Source: a candidate division WOR-3 bacterium (lineage in GTDB: Bacteria; Hydrothermota; Tepidihabitantia; Tepidihabitantales; Tepidihabitantaceae). From it: a stretch of 14,376 bases of DNA. The notes beneath the pieces are model-generated. The model did no database searches. It saw only the letters and a list, made by a program, of their open reading frames with translations, and had not been told where the DNA came from. The DNA is taken from contig JBDRUH010000039.1 of the NCBI GenBank assembly GCA_039801225.1, positions 1-14,376 on the forward strand. The letters run 5' to 3'. A program made the position numbers and the translations under genes. How positions within the stretch are numbered: position 1 is the stretch's first letter; every line of letters starts with the position of its first letter. Below, piece by piece: positions 6,737-14,376 of the stretch.

Positions 6737-8235
6737 AGCCTTTTCCCGTTAAGCCGGCGCTCGTAATCCCTGATAAATGTGGCAACTCCTTTTGCTATCG
6801 CCCGGGCGATTTTCTCTCGGTGCTCTGGTTGCCGGAGAAGTTTTTCCTCGGTCAGGTTGCTCAAAAACCCGCACTCTACCAAAACCGCGGGCATAAAGAT
6901 ATTCCGCAGGACATAGAAGTTTGCCTGACGGACCCCGCGGTCGTTTGATTTGAGGACCGGCAAGGTTGTTTCCTGAATTCTTAATGCGAGTTCACTGGAT
7001 TCAAGAAGGAACTCATTCTGTGCCAGGTCGGCAAGGATCAGGCTTACCGGGTCGTCATTTTTGACCAAAGGGTTAGAAATTTCCCGTTCAAAAACGGCAT
7101 TTTCTCGAGCCGCTACCGCCCTTTCCCAGTCGGTCTTTGCTTCAGAGAGAAAGTAGGTCTCAAGACCACAGGCTTTTCTATTTGGTGCCCAGTTGGCATG
7201 GATACTCACAAAAATGTCGGCATTACTATTTGTCGCCTTTTCCACCCTTTCCGCAAGGGTAACGGTCTCGTCCTTTTCCCGGGTAAGAATAACCTCAAAA
7301 CCTTCTTTAATAAGATGCTTTTTTACCCTTTGGGCAATGTCCAAGACGATGGTTTTTTCTTGGGTGCCTTTTCTACCTATTGCCCCAGGGTCGGCACCAC
7401 CGTGTCCAGGGTCAAGGACAATTTTGTTAACCCGGCGCGGAGGTCGGGGAAAAAGCCGGACCTCAATCCCGTTTGCCCGGTTGATTATTGTCTCCTGCAT
7501 CGGAACCCGAAATGTCCAGATAAGGGATGTTCCAACCGAGGCGGTGTCTAATTGGAGGGAGTTCATAAGACCAGACCGACTGGTGAGGGATAAAAGACCG
7601 AGTTCCTGGACGAAGCCCGAATCGGTGCGACACCCAAGAATGAGACGTAGTTCAAGGCTGGAGCGTCTTTCTTTGTGATAGAGAAGCGGTCCCTTTTTCC
7701 CTTGAAGGGGGTCTAAAAGCAAACGCACGGCAACTGTTTCCTTATTTGTCATAGTTTCAATTGAATTGAGAACCGGCACATCCAGTTCCGGAAACATTCC
7801 GGCAATAACGACCGTGGGCAGATAAACCTGACCCTTTTCCACAATCGGTGGCAAGGGAAGATACAGCCTTTTGCCGTTATGAATCACAATAGCGCTATCA
7901 GGCAAAAAAAGATACTCCTGAGGTAAAGATTCGGTGGTGTCGGGCAAAATAACGAGAAATCTACTTTGATAGACCGGCTGTTTTGTTTTGGCGCGGGTAG
8001 AATCAACTACCCACCAGCACCTGCCGCCATAGTTCGCCACTACTCCGGATAAGGGGAGATAATCTATGCCATTAAAAGTTTTTACCGGCGTAATTTTAGC
8101 GTTTGAGAACGCGGTAACTTCGGCAAAAGCCAAAAGCCAAAAGCCAAAAGCCAAAGTTCGGAATGACCAGGACAGGGGGTTAAAAATTAAAAGCCGAAAC
8201 CTAAAACCCAAAATCCCAAATCTAAAATTTTTCAT
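6733..8235 (-). CDS. N-acetylmuramoyl-L-alanine amidase (Amidase_3) with N-terminal accessory domains
   Basis: Zn-site motifs VLDPGHGG, QEK, FVSIHAN and LVECGF; AmiA/B/C-type AVAAREN..ILADL helix. The ATG at 8235 overlaps the smpB stop (ATGA), so it is preferred over 8244. Confidence 0.92.
   Translation of the reverse strand: MKNFRFGILGFRFRLLIFNPLSWSFRTLAFGFWLLAFAEVTAFSNAKITPVKTFNGIDYLPLSGVVANYGGRCWWVVDSTRAKTKQPVYQSRFLVILPDTTESLPQEYLFLPDSAIVIHNGKRLYLPLPPIVEKGQVYLPTVVIAGMFPELDVPVLNSIETMTNKETVAVRLLLDPLQGKKGPLLYHKERRSSLELRLILGCRTDSGFVQELGLLSLTSRSGLMNSLQLDTASVGTSLIWTFRVPMQETIINRANGIEVRLFPRPPRRVNKIVLDPGHGGADPGAIGRKGTQEKTIVLDIAQRVKKHLIKEGFEVILTREKDETVTLAERVEKATNSNADIFVSIHANWAPNRKACGLETYFLSEAKTDWERAVAARENAVFEREISNPLVKNDDPVSLILADLAQNEFLLESSELALRIQETTLPVLKSNDRGVRQANFYVLRNIFMPAVLVECGFLSNLTEEKLLRQPEHREKIARAIAKGVATFIRDYERRLNGKRL
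8124..8156. repeat. Perfect heptamer SSR (CAAAAGC)4 in the amidase signal peptide
   Basis: CAAAAGC x4 at 8124-8151 plus partial CAAAG; encodes LAFGFWLLAF on the minus strand. Confidence 0.9.
8181..8229. repeat. Degenerate heptamer array immediately after the amidase start
   Basis: TAAAAAT TAAAAGC CGAAACC TAAAACC CAAAATC CCAAATC TAAAATT; encodes NFRFGILGFRFRLLIF. Confidence 0.75.
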
Positions 8236-8672
8236 CCCCGCCATCTTCTTTCTTCTCGCTCCACGGCTCGGCGTTTCAACTCTTCCCGGCGGTCAATTGC
8301 CCTTTTCCCTTTGCACAGCGCCAATTCTACTTTGGCAAGACCTCGTTCATTAAAGTAGATGCGGAGCGGAATTAAAGTGAAACCGCGCAGGGTGGTTTTG
8401 CCAAAGAGCCGTTTTATCTCATCGCGGTGAAGAAGTAGTTTGCGCCGTCTTTTCGGGTCGCGGTTGAAGATATTTCCCTGGCGATAAGGGGCGATATTCA
8501 CATCGCAGAGGAACACCTCGCCGTTATCCACCACCGCATACCCACCATCAAGAGATACGCCCCCTTCCCGGATAGACTTTACCTCAGTGCCCAAAAGTTC
8601 AATCCCGGCCTCAATTTTCTCAAAAATAGTATAGTCCCGTAGCGCCTTGCGGTTTGTCGCTACAACCTTCAC
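8232..8672 (-). CDS. smpB: SsrA-binding protein
   Basis: NRKA..DY, EAGIEL.GTEVKSIR, R.RKLLLH..EI, G.TLIPL.IYF and KGK...DRRE motifs; GTG start. Confidence 0.97.
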   Translation of the reverse strand: MKVVATNRKALRDYTIFEKIEAGIELLGTEVKSIREGGVSLDGGYAVVDNGEVFLCDVNIAPYRQGNIFNRDPKRRRKLLLHRDEIKRLFGKTTLRGFTLIPLRIYFNERGLAKVELALCKGKRAIDRREELKRRAVEREERRWRG

Positions 8673-8678
8673 CCTTCT

Positions 8679-8706
8679 ATTATAAAACTGGTGATTCCTC
8701 GGTCAA
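8679..8706 (-). promoter_or_regulatory. Putative leaderless promoter of smpB
   Basis: TTGACC (8706-8701), N16, TATAAT (8684-8679), N6, GTG (8672). Confidence 0.7.
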
Positions 8707-9401
8707 CAACAGGTTTTACTCTTATCGGGTCGGAGGATGATGATTGGTGTGAGTTGGTCGCCCTGACCTGCTGGGTTGTCCCGCATCGCCTCTTCAACCA
8801 GTTTGATGTTCAATCCATCGGAGGCGCCTACTACTGTGCAACCGAAGATGTCATTAGCATCAACCACCGCGACCGGACAGCCAAGCGCTTTGGCGATTTG
8901 CCGGGCAACTCCATCCGGGTCTTTTGGTCCTAAAATCACACACTCATAAAACTCCTTAACCCCTGAGGTGTGGGCAGCGTCAATCATCGCCACCTCCTTG
9001 CCGGCAACCCGATAAAATTCACCACTTTTACCGCCGATTTTACCCCAGAACCCGGCAACCGCAGCCCTTAGAATCCTCGGTAGTCCAACCTCATCAATGG
9101 CACACTGCATTGACCAGGGGCTTCTTAATCCGATGCCGTAGGGGACTTTTTTAACAAATCGCCAGAGTATTTTAGCCCAGAAACCGGGTTTTATTTCGGT
9201 GATGGGAATCGCCCGTCCCTGAACTGCGGCGACTGGGCTTTCGGCAATGGTAAGGATGTCCTGGGGTTGAAGGATATCAGAGGTATATCGTTTCACCTCG
9301 GCGATTAGGTCGTCACCTTTGTTTAACACATGGGTTTTGACCCAGATGCGCTTTATTTGACCTAAGGAGGTGTCAATAACCTCAGGCTTCGGTTTTGCCA
9401 C
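8703..9401 (-). CDS. Coenzyme F420-0:L-glutamate ligase (CofE)-like protein; true substrate unknown
   Basis: KTHV...GDD, DILTIAESPVAAVQGR, FYRVAG...AMID, LGPKDP, AVVDAND and DNPAGQGDQLTPIIILR resemble bacterial F420_ligase-domain proteins. No other cof genes are in the window. Confidence 0.75.
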   Translation of the reverse strand: MAKPKPEVIDTSLGQIKRIWVKTHVLNKGDDLIAEVKRYTSDILQPQDILTIAESPVAAVQGRAIPITEIKPGFWAKILWRFVKKVPYGIGLRSPWSMQCAIDEVGLPRILRAAVAGFWGKIGGKSGEFYRVAGKEVAMIDAAHTSGVKEFYECVILGPKDPDGVARQIAKALGCPVAVVDANDIFGCTVVGASDGLNIKLVEEAMRDNPAGQGDQLTPIIILRPDKSKTCC

Positions 9402-9407
9402 AGGGTT

Positions 9408-9435
9408 AATTTAGCAAGTTAGGCAGGAAAATCAA
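9408..9435 (-). promoter_or_regulatory. Putative leaderless promoter of the CofE-like gene
   Basis: TTGATT (9435-9430), N16, TAAATT (9413-9408, preceded by TGn extended -10), N6, GTG (9401). Confidence 0.6.
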
Positions 9436-9473
9436 TCACCACCTTGAGTAACCTCTTGCCCCATCCTTTGCTT

Positions 9474-9502
9474 TTGACTTCTCCTTTATCTGTTTCTATA
9501 CT
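9474..9502 (+). promoter_or_regulatory. Putative leaderless promoter of murJ
   Basis: TTGACT (9474-9479), N17, TATACT (9497-9502), N6, ATG (9509); no SD sequence. Confidence 0.75.
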
Positions 9503-9508
9503 CCACCA

Positions 9509-11089
9509 ATGAAAGGAGAGTCCCGTTTTACCCGGCGGGTTGGTCTCTTTACCTTCGGGACTTTACTTTCCCGGGTTATGGGTGTGGTCAGGGAGGCGGT
9601 TTTCGCCCATCTCTTTGGTGCCGGGTTGGCGACCGATGCCTTTAATGTCGCCTTCCGGATTCCCAACTTTCTCAGAGACCTTTTTGCCGAAAGTGCCCTT
9701 TCCGCGGCGTTCGTGCCCACCTTTGTTGCCAGTCTGCGGAGTGGCGACCAGCGGAAGACTTGGCAGTTCGCAAATAATATGTTTAATACCATCATCCTTA
9801 TCCTGACACTCATCGTCCTCCTCGGAATATTTTTTGCTCCGCAAGTGGTGCGGGTTGTTGCCTGGGGTTTTAAGGGTGAACCGGAGAAACTTGCCCTCAC
9901 TGTTACCCTTACGAGAATAATGTTTCCTTTACTTTTATTTGTGGCACTTGCCGCATGGGCGATGGGAATTCTCAACGCCTGCGGTAGTTTTTTTATTCCG
10001 GCAAGCGCACCAGTTGCCTTCAATGTTGTCTCAGCCGTTGTGCCAATAGTTACTTATGGTTTCTTTCAGGCGCGGGGTCTGCCGCCGATTTTGGGAATGG
10101 CTTATGGGGTAACTTTTGGAGCATTAGTTCAGTTTCTGGTGCAGATACCGAGATTAAACTCTTTTGGTTTCCGTTTCCAGCCCGTCTTGGTTTTTTCTGA
10201 CCCGGCTCTCCGGCAGGTGTTTCTCCGCTGGTTACCGATGATATTAGGTTTTGCCACCTGGCAGGTAAACTTTCTCGTAAACACCTTTCTTTTAACATTC
10301 CTTCGGGAAGGTTCGGTAACCTGGGTTAGTTATGCCTACCGGATTCAGCACCTGCCCAGTGGTCTTTTTGGTGTGGCGATTGGCACCGTGGCTTTGGCAG
10401 AGTATTCTCATACCGTTGGCAATAATGCCCGATTGGATAAAGACCAGTTTGCCCATGCGTTAAACCTCGTAACCGTATTTACCCTGCCCGCATCGGTCCT
10501 TTTACTCGTTTTATCGGTGCCGGTGGTTCGGTTGATTTATCAGCACGGCAGGTTCACCTCTTTTGACACCTATCAGACCGTTCAGGCTTTAGCGCTCTAT
10601 GCGCTTGGTGTCTGGCCGGCAGCGGCAACGCGGAATTGCGCTGCTGGGTTTTATTCCCTTGGGAATACGAAAACCCCGGCGCTGGTGGCGATGGGGGTGG
10701 TGGGTTTGAATATTATTCTCAATTTAATTCTTATGCGTTATATTGGCTTCCGCTCTTTTCCTTTAAATTCCTCCATCTGCCAGTTATTTAACTTTGTCAT
10801 TCTTTTCACCCTTCTCGCCCGGCACCAAAAGGGGCTGGGTGGTAGGGCGTCTATCTCAGTGTTTTTCCGGGCTTTTCTTGCGGCGATTTTAGGAGGTTTT
10901 TTTGCTGGACTTTTTGCCCTTTTATTTGAGCGGATTTTACCCACCCCCCGGTTTCTCCTTACGGGAATAGAAATATTTATCTGTGGCAGTATCGGACTTG
11001 TTGCCTACTACCTATTTGCCCGGCTTTTCCAAGTTAAAGAGGTTAGAGAGGCGCTAATCAGCCTTTTCCGCCCGAAAACTCTAATTTAA
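9509..11089 (+). CDS. murJ: Lipid II flippase MurJ (MviN)
   Basis: SRVMGVVRE, DAFNVAFRIPNFLRDLFAESALSAAFVP, RIMFP, YAYRIQHLP.GLFGVAI and FYSLGNTKTP motifs; multiple hydrophobic segments. Confidence 0.96.
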   Translation: MKGESRFTRRVGLFTFGTLLSRVMGVVREAVFAHLFGAGLATDAFNVAFRIPNFLRDLFAESALSAAFVPTFVASLRSGDQRKTWQFANNMFNTIILILTLIVLLGIFFAPQVVRVVAWGFKGEPEKLALTVTLTRIMFPLLLFVALAAWAMGILNACGSFFIPASAPVAFNVVSAVVPIVTYGFFQARGLPPILGMAYGVTFGALVQFLVQIPRLNSFGFRFQPVLVFSDPALRQVFLRWLPMILGFATWQVNFLVNTFLLTFLREGSVTWVSYAYRIQHLPSGLFGVAIGTVALAEYSHTVGNNARLDKDQFAHALNLVTVFTLPASVLLLVLSVPVVRLIYQHGRFTSFDTYQTVQALALYALGVWPAAATRNCAAGFYSLGNTKTPALVAMGVVGLNIILNLILMRYIGFRSFPLNSSICQLFNFVILFTLLARHQKGLGGRASISVFFRAFLAAILGGFFAGLFALLFERILPTPRFLLTGIEIFICGSIGLVAYYLFARLFQVKEVREALISLFRPKTLI

Positions 11090-13527
11090 TACTCGTATAT
11101 CGGCGTAGTTTCTTCCTCCTCTTCGCCGTTGTTCTGCCTTCGGCGTTCCTGTTTGTAGTTGTTAAAGTTATAGGTCAAGCCCAAAGAAACTGTCGGACCT
11201 TTGCGGCTGAAACTGATGTGAGTGTAAAAGTTTTCTCCTTGGGTTTCGTTTTCATGCCAGGAACTGGCAAAGATGTCGCGGATTGAAAGGGTTAAAATCA
11301 GTTGCCGATTTAGTAACGCCTGTCGGGCAGAAATTCCGGTCCAGAAATGGGCACCTTCGGTTCCCTGGGCGGTGACGCTCGGGCTTTCATACCTGCCACG
11401 CAACTGGATTCTGGTGCCGGTCGGAAAGGTAAAGTCGGTTGTAAGACCCATATCCCAGTTAAAACTCTTTTGAAAGATTTCTTTACCATCAAGGTTGCCT
11501 TTGAGACGGTAGTCATAGATATCGCCGTTAAGACTTATGTTCCAAAAGCGGAAAGGGGACAAATCCAGTGCCATCTCCAGACCCAATGCCTGGTCTTTGC
11601 CGATATTCTTAACCGTATGAAGCATTATATCACCCTGGTAAATCCTCTGGAACCGTTCAATCACATTGTGGGTAATCCGGTAATAACCATCAAGTGATAG
11701 CCGGTGTTTGCCAAATGGCAAGAGGAAGCCTGCCTCATAGGAGTCAATGAATTCAGGCTTCAGGTCCGGATTGCCCTGACGGACATTTTTTGCATCCATC
11801 CAGGTGAGGAATGGAGATAAATCCCAGCCCCGTGGTCGCTCAATCCTGCGGGTGTAACTTGCCATAATCTGCTCTTCCTGAGGGAAACTGTAAGAGAGAT
11901 GAAGGCTGGGAAATATATCCCACTGGTTTAGCGGGGTGAAACCGCTGTCGTTGATGACCACCCTTCTGCCCGAATATTCGCTGCGCAAACCGAGCATTGC
12001 GCCCAAACCCTGCCAGTTGCCGGAATAGGTGGAATAAAAGGCGTGGACATAATCCCGCTGGGTTGAGGAGTAACTGTAAACACTGTCAGGGATGTAACTC
12101 CTGCTTGTGGTGTCATAATTTGCCGCACGGCTCTTTTGATTTGGTCCGAACCGCAGCCTTGCCTGATAACCCGCCTCAAATTTGTCCTTTTCCCTTAAAG
12201 GCAGGGTATAGTCAAGTTTCAAATCAATAGGTCTGCCCTGGTGAGTCTCAATTGTCCGCTTACCGGTTCTAATAGTGCCGGCGATTGAGTCTTCGGTCTG
12301 GGTTGAGTCCTGGCTGGACCTGCCGGAAAGGTTTGCCCGGAAAGAAATTTCGTGCCCCTTTTTCCCAAAGTTGTGACCGGCATCAAGGCTTAAAGAGAAG
12401 TTTAGACCATTGTCTGAAGAAACGGTTGTGCCCTTAAAACTCAAGGTTTCGGCAATGGTATCGGGTGTTTGCCACTCCTGATAAAGGGCGTTCTGGTTGC
12501 GATTGCCGCTATTGCCGCCGAGCCTGCCGCTCAAACTCAGCCAGTCGTTCGGGGTTAACTTAAAATCAGCACCCGCCCGCACCCCGTAAAACTGGTGCTG
12601 GAAGAGCATCGTGCCTTTTGACTGGCGGTAACTGGTGTCGCCGCTTTGGGTTAATGTCCAGCCCTGCATCTCCCTTGTTCCAGGAAAGCCGCCACGATTA
12701 AAGTTCGGAGAGATGAAAAATGTGCCGATATCTGTTTTGGCGCTCAAAAGCAGATTGCCACCGAACTGACCATTGTTACCGCCATTCAGATTGAGAATCC
12801 CAGAGATGCCGGACTGGCGCTGCTTTTTCAAAATGACATTGATTATTCCTGCCTTGCCTTCAGGGTCATATTTTACTGAAGGGTTGGTAACAATCTCAAT
12901 CCGATCTATTGTGCTTGCCGGAATCTGCTTGAGCGCCTCGCTACCTTCAAGGGGTGATGGTCTGCCGTCAATCAGAACGGTAAAACTGGATAGACCGCGC
13001 AGGCTGACATTGCCCTCAATATCAACCTTCACCGCCGGCGCATTCTCTAAGGCGTCAACTGCGGTGCCGCTCTGCAAAGCCGGGTTCTGGGCAACATTGA
13101 TAACCTTCTTGTCAATCCGGAACTCAATCTTGGGCTTTTCCGCGGTTACCTCTGTGCCCGGCACCGCAATTGCTGATTGCTGGAGGTTTATCCTGCCCAA
13201 ATCAACCTTGCCGTTAGGGGGCAGTTGAATATCAGGGACTCTTTTGGTTTTATAGCCGACAAATGAGACCTCAAGTTTGAACCTACCCGGTGGCAGGTCC
13301 CGCAGGGCAAACCTGCCCTGGGCGTCGGTAACAGTCCCGGTTAGCGCCGTTGAATCGCGCTGCCGGTAAAGAACGATATTGGCATATTCAATTGGGGTTG
13401 AGAGGTCCGCATCCCAGACCTGACCGCTGATAACACCTTCACCCTTAACCTCTCTCGGCTGGGCAGATAAATTACCAATTGCGAGAGAAATGATGAATAA
13501 AATCAATATGGTTCTAATTCTCTTCAT
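11086..13527 (-). CDS. TonB-dependent receptor / outer-membrane beta-barrel with N-terminal carboxypeptidase-regulatory-like domain
   Basis: Signal peptide; ISGQV.D...PIEYANI...GTVTD.QGRF...YK domain; plug motif IDRIEIVTNPSVKYD.EG.AGIINVILKK; GNPDLKPE; C-terminal LGLTYNF plus acidic tail; SD AAGGAG upstream. Confidence 0.9.
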   Translation of the reverse strand: MKRIRTILILFIISLAIGNLSAQPREVKGEGVISGQVWDADLSTPIEYANIVLYRQRDSTALTGTVTDAQGRFALRDLPPGRFKLEVSFVGYKTKRVPDIQLPPNGKVDLGRINLQQSAIAVPGTEVTAEKPKIEFRIDKKVINVAQNPALQSGTAVDALENAPAVKVDIEGNVSLRGLSSFTVLIDGRPSPLEGSEALKQIPASTIDRIEIVTNPSVKYDPEGKAGIINVILKKQRQSGISGILNLNGGNNGQFGGNLLLSAKTDIGTFFISPNFNRGGFPGTREMQGWTLTQSGDTSYRQSKGTMLFQHQFYGVRAGADFKLTPNDWLSLSGRLGGNSGNRNQNALYQEWQTPDTIAETLSFKGTTVSSDNGLNFSLSLDAGHNFGKKGHEISFRANLSGRSSQDSTQTEDSIAGTIRTGKRTIETHQGRPIDLKLDYTLPLREKDKFEAGYQARLRFGPNQKSRAANYDTTSRSYIPDSVYSYSSTQRDYVHAFYSTYSGNWQGLGAMLGLRSEYSGRRVVINDSGFTPLNQWDIFPSLHLSYSFPQEEQIMASYTRRIERPRGWDLSPFLTWMDAKNVRQGNPDLKPEFIDSYEAGFLLPFGKHRLSLDGYYRITHNVIERFQRIYQGDIMLHTVKNIGKDQALGLEMALDLSPFRFWNISLNGDIYDYRLKGNLDGKEIFQKSFNWDMGLTTDFTFPTGTRIQLRGRYESPSVTAQGTEGAHFWTGISARQALLNRQLILTLSIRDIFASSWHENETQGENFYTHISFSRKGPTVSLGLTYNFNNYKQERRRQNNGEEEEETTPIYEY

Positions 13528-13626
13528 TTATTACTCCTTAATTTTACATTGTTATTTAATTAGACACAATAAACAGAAAAATCCTGCTTGTATAAGTTAG
13601 GACAGAAAAGTCCCCGGGAAAGGATT

Positions 13627-13682
13627 CAAAAGGCAAATTGCAAAAGTCAAAACGATATGAGATTTGACTTTTGGCTTTTGAC
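13627..13682. repeat. Heptamer fold-back hairpin
   Basis: CAAAAGG CAAATTG CAAAAGT CAAAACG ... ATTTGAC TTTTGGC TTTTGAC; perfect 11-bp IR CAAAAGTCAAA (13641-13651) / TTTGACTTTTG (13663-13673). Confidence 0.75.
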
Positions 13683-13705
13683 TTCCCTGTTTCGCTCTTC
13701 GCTCC

Positions 13706-13804
13706 GTCATTCCGAGCTTACCGCCTCCTGTCATTCCGACCGAGCGTAGCGAGTGGAGGAATCCCACTTGGCTTCGCTCAGGGCAGGCTTGACGAAGCAA
13801 CCTC
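13706..13804. repeat. Nested REP-like palindromic elements (same family as 3543 and 4221, opposite orientation)
   Basis: GTCATTCCGA at 13706-13715 and 13730-13739, CGAGCGTAGCGAGTGGAGGAATC, CTTCGCTCAGGGCAGG and GACGAAGCAA. Confidence 0.7.
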
Positions 13805-13842
13805 ATTACCTTAGGGGCAATTTATGGATTACCCCTGTTGAT

Positions 13843-13925
13843 GGCTAAAGCCTTGCCCTACATCTGGTCCAATGTAGGGCAAACCTTCAGGTTGGCATTG
13901 CCTCCGGAAGCAAGGCTTTAACCTT
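13843..13925. repeat. GTAG-type REP pair (BIME/REPIN-like)
   Basis: Perfect 11-bp IR TTGCCCTACAT (13853-13863) / ATGTAGGGCAA (13872-13882), each arm joined to a small hairpin (GGC-TAAA-GCC; AACC-TTCA-GGTT); degenerate third unit GCAAGGCTTTAACCTT. Confidence 0.7.
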
Positions 13926-13932
13926 AATTAAT

Positions 13933-13963
13933 AAAAAAGCGAATCTGGTTTCCTTCAGTCGCC
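13933..13963 (-). terminator. Possible intrinsic terminator after the T9SS-CTD gene
   Basis: Minus strand: GCGA-CTG...CAG-AT-TCGC bulged stem followed by TTTTTT, about 10 nt after the stop codon. Confidence 0.4.
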
Positions 13964-13972
13964 GCCCGCCAG

Positions 13973-14374
13973 TTACCGGATGATGAGTTTCTGAATCGCC
14001 TCCTCACTCGGGGTTTCAAACTTTACCCAATAAACGCCAGCAGATAACCGCCTCAAGTCCAACCTTTTTTCCCCACTATGAGAGGCAACAAAGGAAAGGC
14101 TCATAACAGTTCTACCGCTTACATCAAACACCTTTAACCGTGCATTTCCTGCCTGAGGCACGCTGTAACTCAAAAGTCCGTAGCCTTTAGTCAGCGGATT
14201 GGGCAAAAGCGTAAACCAACTTCTGCATCCCGCATTCCGGAAGCCGCCTTCTGCTACTCCAGAACCGTTAAGTATGAATATAGCCTGCTGGCAGGAGTCG
14301 TTTTCATAGTTTTTATCGTAGAGAAGTTGGGTATAGCCGGCAAAGATGTATTTCCCCGGTTTTGTCCTCCAGGT
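13973..14374 (-). CDS. 3' end of a secreted protein with a T9SS type A-like C-terminal sorting domain (partial; runs off the window)
   Basis: The frame is open from the window edge: TWRTKPGKYIFAGYTQLLYDKNYENDSC (CARDB/Ig-like tail), GVAE linker, then PNP...SYSVP...LKVFDVSGR.V...LSAGVYWVK...KLIIR. The ORF-track start at 14206 is internal. Confidence 0.85.
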   Translation of the reverse strand, partial: TWRTKPGKYIFAGYTQLLYDKNYENDSCQQAIFILNGSGVAEGGFRNAGCRSWFTLLPNPLTKGYGLLSYSVPQAGNARLKVFDVSGRTVMSLSFVASHSGEKRLDLRRLSAGVYWVKFETPSEEAIQKLIIR

Positions 14375-14376
14375 GT

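Noticed and set aside
8232..8703. tmRNA (ssrA) next to smpB
   Set aside because: The flanks are fully coding or only 30 bp long, with no tRNA-like ends.
187..13228. Numerous 60-175 aa antisense or alternate-frame ORFs in the track (e.g. 2503-2964, 7193-7678, 9496-10023, 12773-13228)
   Set aside because: They lie wholly or almost wholly within well-supported genes and have no recognisable motifs; treated as shadow ORFs.
13597..13806. 69-aa ORF MRLLRQACPERSQ...
   Set aside because: It is a translation of the palindromic and heptamer repeats (ACPERS, SVGMT, SQKPKVKS), most likely spurious.

Overview
Bacterial housekeeping region with a diderm-type envelope gene set. The T9SS-like C-terminal domain and repeat-derived linkers resemble WOR-3/FCB-affiliated lineages (inference only). 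Gene order: selD (+); murA-ispG (-); a ~970-bp non-coding, repeat-rich gap; a divergent endonuclease V (+); a minus-strand run of CofE/F420-ligase-like gene, smpB, amidase, rluD and a lipoprotein; murJ (+); a TonB-dependent receptor (-); a second repeat mosaic; and the 3' end of a T9SS-CTD protein (-). No transposase, integrase, CRISPR array, tRNA or rRNA was recognised. The most notable unannotated signals are: (1) a ~240-bp degenerate 12-nt-period array with adjacent hairpins, bracketed by two REP-like palindromes; (2) heptamer and tetramer repeats that encode protein N-termini and signal peptides, two of them candidates for slippage-based phase variation; (3) four genes with apparently leaderless sigma70-type promoters; (4) a CofE-like ligase with no cof partners in the window, head-to-head with murJ; (5) an EndoV lacking its N-terminal segment and PYIP wedge.
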